Part shown: positions 54,421 through 57,795 of the stretch, one piece after another
Layout of the letters: each line of letters starts with the position of its first letter
Position numbering within the stretch: position 1 is the stretch's first letter
Origin: a virus
Lineage: Duplodnaviria; Caudoviricetes
Direction: 5' to 3' (one strand)
IMG/VR virus record: IMGVR_UViG_3300031857_000216
Span: 1 to 57,795 of that record
Length of the DNA: 57,795 bases
Notes under the pieces: model-generated
What the model was told of the DNA's origin: nothing
Databases searched by the model: none
What the model saw: only the letters and a program-made list of their open reading frames with translations
Position numbers and translations under genes: made by a program

Positions 54421-54606
54421 TCAGGCTCCAGCCTTGCGGGTGCGACCCTTGAGACGAGCCGAGGCGTCGCGGATGGGCGTACCGGAGCTCTGGATGAGCT
54501 TGCGGGCCTGGCTGTAGGTGATGTTGACCTCACGGGCAACCTCGACGACGGACATGCCGGAGGCGTAGAGCTCTCCTGCGCGCTGGGCGGTGATTTCGGT
54601 AGACAT
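54421..54606 (-). CDS. helix-turn-helix DNA-binding protein
   Basis: LYASGMSVVEVAREVNITYSQARKLI..SG..IR; RBS AAGGAAAAGG. A longer in-frame start exists at 54738. Confidence 0.75.
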   Translation of the reverse strand: MSTEITAQRAGELYASGMSVVEVAREVNITYSQARKLIQSSGTPIRDASARLKGRTRKAGA

Positions 54607-54742
54607 TGTCTTTACCTTTTCCTTCCTTGTGTTGGGGGTCTTTGTTGTTTCTTGCTGTGCCGGCATCTCTGCCAGAGCCACCCGCGACCTCTCGAGGAGA
54701 CCGCGGGCTTCGTTGAGTAGCGCTTCCGTGCTGCTCATCGAT

Positions 54743-54931
54743 CTATCGCTCCGTGGGTCGAGCGTTGTTCTCGCTCGAGTCCTCGACGGAGAATGCGGAG
54801 GTCTCTACCATTTCCTCAACGAACTGAGTCGTCCGCTCGATGAGTTCGGCTTGCGCCTCGCTTGAAAGCTCGGTGACGACGTGCGTCAGCACCGCGTCGC
54901 CTTCGTTCGTTTCGTATGTTTCGTCATTCAT
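54743..54931 (-). CDS. small acidic protein
   Basis: MNDETYETNEG...; fits the gene spacing. Confidence 0.5.
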   Translation of the reverse strand: MNDETYETNEGDAVLTHVVTELSSEAQAELIERTTQFVEEMVETSAFSVEDSSENNARPTER

Positions 54932-54948
54932 CTTTTGGTTACTAACCT

Positions 54949-55092
54949 TTACCTTGGGTACCAGTCTCCGGGTTGCCGCCCGCCGTAGGCGGACTTGCCG
55001 CGGGTCCTGCCGACCGCGAAGTAAATATACCACACGGTAGCGGCAAAAGCCACTAAGATCATCGTCAGGGCGGCAGAGCCCGCTTTCTTCAC
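54949..55092 (-). CDS. small single-TM protein
   Basis: GTG overlapping the upstream stop; AALTMILVAFAATVWYIYFAV. Confidence 0.5.
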   Translation of the reverse strand: MKKAGSAALTMILVAFAATVWYIYFAVGRTRGKSAYGGRQPGDWYPR

Positions 55093-55277
55093 CGTGGCTC
55101 CATCGTCACGGTCTTGCTGCCGTGAACCTCGGGGTTCGCGCAGGTTGGGTACGCGGACGGAGCGACGTAGAGAGTCAGCCGGCGCTTGCACTCCGGGCAG
55201 ACCCATTCCTTCGAGAGCTTCTTCTCGGGCTTCTCGTTGATCACTGTCTTCTGTTCGTTGTTCTCTTCTTCAGCCAT
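55089..55277 (-). CDS. small Zn-binding protein
   Basis: RBS GGAGG; WVCPEC...PTC....H. Confidence 0.65.
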   Translation of the reverse strand: MAEEENNEQKTVINEKPEKKLSKEWVCPECKRRLTLYVAPSAYPTCANPEVHGSKTVTMEPR

Positions 55278-55342
55278 GTCGCCGTTAGCCTCCGCTTGCC
55301 TGGGTCCGCTCATTTTATCCAGCGTCTCGAGGAGGAGTGGCA

Positions 55343-55642
55343 CTATTCCGCGACTTTCTTCGTCAGACCGCTCGCGGCCTCGGCGCGACGCTTTCTGTTC
55401 AGCGTTCGCCGCTCGTTCGCCGTGAGTCCGCCCCAGACGCCGTACTCGACGTGCGTCAGCCCGTACTCGAGGCACTGCTCCTTCACCGGGCAGCCCGCGC
55501 AGATCTTCTTCGCCTCGCGGACGTTCGTCTTCTTCGCGTCGTTGAAGAAGTACTCGGCGTGTCCGACGCACGCGGCCTGCGCGCGCCAAACGAGGGTTTC
55601 CTTGGTGATGACGAGCGTGTCGCCGTCGTTCTCGATTGTCAT
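55343..55642 (-). CDS. whiB: WhiB-family Fe-S transcription factor
   Basis: W...AAC...FF...AKKIC..CPV...CL.Y.L...YGVWGGLT..ER. Confidence 0.95.
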   Translation of the reverse strand: MTIENDGDTLVITKETLVWRAQAACVGHAEYFFNDAKKTNVREAKKICAGCPVKEQCLEYGLTHVEYGVWGGLTANERRTLNRKRRAEAASGLTKKVAE

Positions 55643-55731
55643 GTGTCTCTCCGTGTCTTCTGTCGTTGTGTCATTATACGGGTCTTAGAACCTCGTAGCG
55701 GGCGGCCCGAAGCGGCGGGCCGCGTCGGAGC

Positions 55732-55965
55732 TTACCTCATCAGCCCGTCACGTTCATGCCCTGCCAGTATCTCGGCAAAGAGGGCGTCACGCTCACGGTA
55801 TGTGAGGCACTCCATGAGCCTATCGGCTTCCTCGGGGCTCAGCCCGTGGTACTCGGTGTAGGTACGGTGTTCCCTGTCATAGGAACCACCCGTGAGTGGG
55901 TCGGTTCTCACAGGTACCACGCCTTCCCCGTCGTTGTATCGGATGTCGTAGTTGTTCATGTTCAT
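55732..55965 (-). CDS. hypothetical protein (leaderless)
   Basis: MNMNNYDIRY...; TATAAT 7 nt upstream of the ATG. Confidence 0.65.
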   Translation of the reverse strand: MNMNNYDIRYNDGEGVVPVRTDPLTGGSYDREHRTYTEYHGLSPEEADRLMECLTYRERDALFAEILAGHERDGLMR

Positions 55966-55985
55966 GTAGGCCATTATACAAACCT
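55959..55985 (-). promoter_or_regulatory. 27-bp promoter/start cassette duplicated at 57712-57738
   Basis: AGGTTTGTATAATG(G/A)CCTACATGAACA, one mismatch between copies. Confidence 0.8.
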
Positions 55986-56005
55986 TAGAACCTAGACCAG
56001 GCCCG

Positions 56006-56626
56006 CTACCCCTTACCCACCGGCGGCGCCTTCGCCCGCAGGGGCGCCCTTTGCGAGGTGACGTGAAACGGCGGACCCGAGCCTGTGTCGAGCTTCGCCG
56101 CAACGTGAAGCGCGTCTCGGACCGTGCGCTCCGTCGCCGTGACGCCGCTGGACGCAACGTTGTCGCCCGCGCTGGCGTACATCGCGCCTAGCGCGTAGTC
56201 TCCGCCGGAGCCGAACGAGTAGATTCCGGTCGTGTCTCGAACCCACGCGTAGTCCTCGCCGATCTCGTAGATCTGCCCATTGATAATGGACAGCACAACC
56301 GAACCGTGCTGCGCCTGCTCCTTCGATTCCTTCGCCGCGTAGCCGTGATCCTCAAAGCACTCCCGCAACGCTGGGACGAACTTGCTCGTCATAAAGCGGT
56401 CGAGTCGAACGCCTGTCAGATCTCCAGGCTTGGGCGGAGTGAACGCGTAGGCGAGGATGTTGATCGCTCGCACGTCTCCGGCGGCACCGAGAAGGTATTG
56501 GCCATTCTTGATCACCTTCGCTGATCCGCGGCCGAGCGTGTAGGATCGACCGCCCTCCTCGGTCACCCGGGAGTCAAAACCCACGACTGCCCAGTCGGGC
56601 CCTTGAACGGCGATGATCGTGGTCAT
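56006..56626 (-). CDS. HslV/proteasome beta-like Ntn threonine protease
   Basis: MTTIIAV N-terminal Thr nucleophile, FDSR, AKV, GAAGD and FGSGG.YALGA. Confidence 0.85.
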   Translation of the reverse strand: MTTIIAVQGPDWAVVGFDSRVTEEGGRSYTLGRGSAKVIKNGQYLLGAAGDVRAINILAYAFTPPKPGDLTGVRLDRFMTSKFVPALRECFEDHGYAAKESKEQAQHGSVVLSIINGQIYEIGEDYAWVRDTTGIYSFGSGGDYALGAMYASAGDNVASSGVTATERTVRDALHVAAKLDTGSGPPFHVTSQRAPLRAKAPPVGKG

Positions 56627-56634
56627 TTCAGCGA

Positions 56635-56961
56635 TTATAACCTGTCCACGGCAGATGGCGGCACCGTAAACTCGACCGGCTCCCAGCGGCCATCGACCCG
56701 CTCCGCGTAGGGCGGGAATGGTCTGCCCATTACTACCTTGACTGCCGCTCCTTCTCTTCCGGTGACCATCCCGTGCATGCCTCGCAGCACGGAGTCGCCG
56801 CAGCGCTCGTTGAAGATCACCTTGTCGCCGACGACGAAGTCAGCGCTCGTGCGAAGACTGCGGACCGCCCGCAACCTCGAGGTGATCGCTTTGTTGATGG
56901 CGAGCAGACTCTCATCAAAATCCCCACCGAGAATCCGCTCGGTGATTTCCTGCTCATCCAT
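56635..56961 (-). CDS. hypothetical protein with SH3/KOW-like C-terminus
   Basis: FVVGDKVIF...G.VTG. Confidence 0.65.
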   Translation of the reverse strand: MDEQEITERILGGDFDESLLAINKAITSRLRAVRSLRTSADFVVGDKVIFNERCGDSVLRGMHGMVTGREGAAVKVVMGRPFPPYAERVDGRWEPVEFTVPPSAVDRL

Positions 56962-57037
56962 GTTGTCGTGTTCTCAAGCGTCGCGAGCATCCGATCCGCG
57001 TCGCTGCACAGGATTATCGGACGCCCGCGATGCGATC

Positions 57038-57553
57038 TCAGTAGATCGAGAACCCCCCGCTCTGCTCGAGAAACTCCGCGAACGCGCGTACGTTCTCGGC
57101 GGAGAACGGGTAGCTTGCGCGGTGGTCGTCGACCTTGCCCTCGCCGCCGCAGGCGTTGCACCAGCCGTGCGTGCGCCCAAGCGCGATGGCGACGTGCTCC
57201 TCGAGTTCCTTGTCGGGCATTCTCATCTCGGCGCCGATCTCGTCGGTGCGAATCCCGGTGGCACCGCAGTACTTGCAGTCGTGCCTGGGTAGGCTCGCCA
57301 TCTCCATGCGGTACGCCTCCTCGAACTTCGCGGTGTTGCCCGACTCGAGCTCCTCGAGAAGAATCCTCGCCAGCTCCTGGGCGCCGTCCGCGTCGAGACC
57401 GTCGCCGTCATTGTAGTGCCCGCTGACGTCGCTCGTCAGCTCGGGCGCCACGTCGATGCAGTACTCCCAAAGCGGGCGCCACCACCAAACGTTGTTGCGG
57501 AAGTACTCTCCGGTCTCGCTGGCCGGGTTCTTCCCGTACACGTCCATTCCCAT
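57038..57553 (-). CDS. hypothetical phage protein with DnaJ-like CxxCxxxG Zn motifs
   Basis: YFRNNVWWWRPLW; CKYCGATG; CNACGGEG; RBS AAAGGAG. Confidence 0.8.
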   Translation of the reverse strand: MGMDVYGKNPASETGEYFRNNVWWWRPLWEYCIDVAPELTSDVSGHYNDGDGLDADGAQELARILLEELESGNTAKFEEAYRMEMASLPRHDCKYCGATGIRTDEIGAEMRMPDKELEEHVAIALGRTHGWCNACGGEGKVDDHRASYPFSAENVRAFAEFLEQSGGFSIY

Positions 57554-57586
57554 GTCTTTTTCTCCTTTGTTGTTGTTGTCGTTTGG

Positions 57587-57718
57587 TCAGCTGTTGAGGC
57601 TGACGATGTGTCGAAGTCCGAGCCACGCCGCGTAGGCGATCATTCCGCTCACGACACCCGCGTTGACGGTGACCACCGCGATGGTGATGTGCGGGATGTA
57701 TTTGGCGATGCTGTTCAT
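57587..57718 (-). CDS. small membrane protein (leaderless)
   Basis: Not in the ORF track. MNSIAKYIPHITIAVVTVNAGVVSGMIAYAAWLGLRHIVSLNS, 7 nt after TATAAT. Confidence 0.6.
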   Translation of the reverse strand: MNSIAKYIPHITIAVVTVNAGVVSGMIAYAAWLGLRHIVSLNS

Positions 57719-57795
57719 GTAGGTCATTATACAAACCTGGGAACTCTTACTCGGCGCGGCCGGACGAGCGCGATTGTCGATGTTGTTAGTCGCGA

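Noticed and set aside
1-57795. tRNA/rRNA genes, integrase, transposase, introns or inteins in polA and terL
   Set aside because: None recognisable by eye; PolA and TerL are of normal length with contiguous motifs. tRNAscan-SE was not run.

Overview
This window is a 57.8-kb segment of a large lytic-looking tailed dsDNA phage (siphovirus). It probably infects an Actinobacterium, based on WhiB, DUF6011, DUF1360 and a portal/capsid module resembling mycobacteriophage cluster B. Nearly all genes are on the minus strand. Read in the direction of transcription (right to left), the window has six parts: (1) an early/accessory region of small genes, including an HslV/proteasome-beta-like protease, WhiB, Zn-finger and HTH proteins, a second deaminase and a NAGPA-family lipoprotein; (2) the terminase; (3) a non-coding, repeat-rich control region beside the only clear plus-strand gene; (4) a head module of portal, Dps ferritin, Cys-rich proteins, a 5050-aa polyvalent protein, a 1346-aa protease polyprotein and two capsid-like proteins; (5) the tail module; (6) a nucleotide-metabolism/replication block of dNMP kinase fused to a UDG-like domain, a thymidylate-synthase homolog with the dCMP-type Asp, dCMP deaminase, PolA, a RuvC-like nuclease and a partial SNF2 helicase. 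The two most interesting candidates are as follows. First, a capsid-packaged, protease-processed effector cargo system: 3 ART + kinase + DEDDh + Nudix + WYL domains in one protein, with shared putative cleavage and packaging motifs across the head genes. Second, a probable cytosine-modification pathway. All family assignments come from motif recognition by eye, not from database searches.
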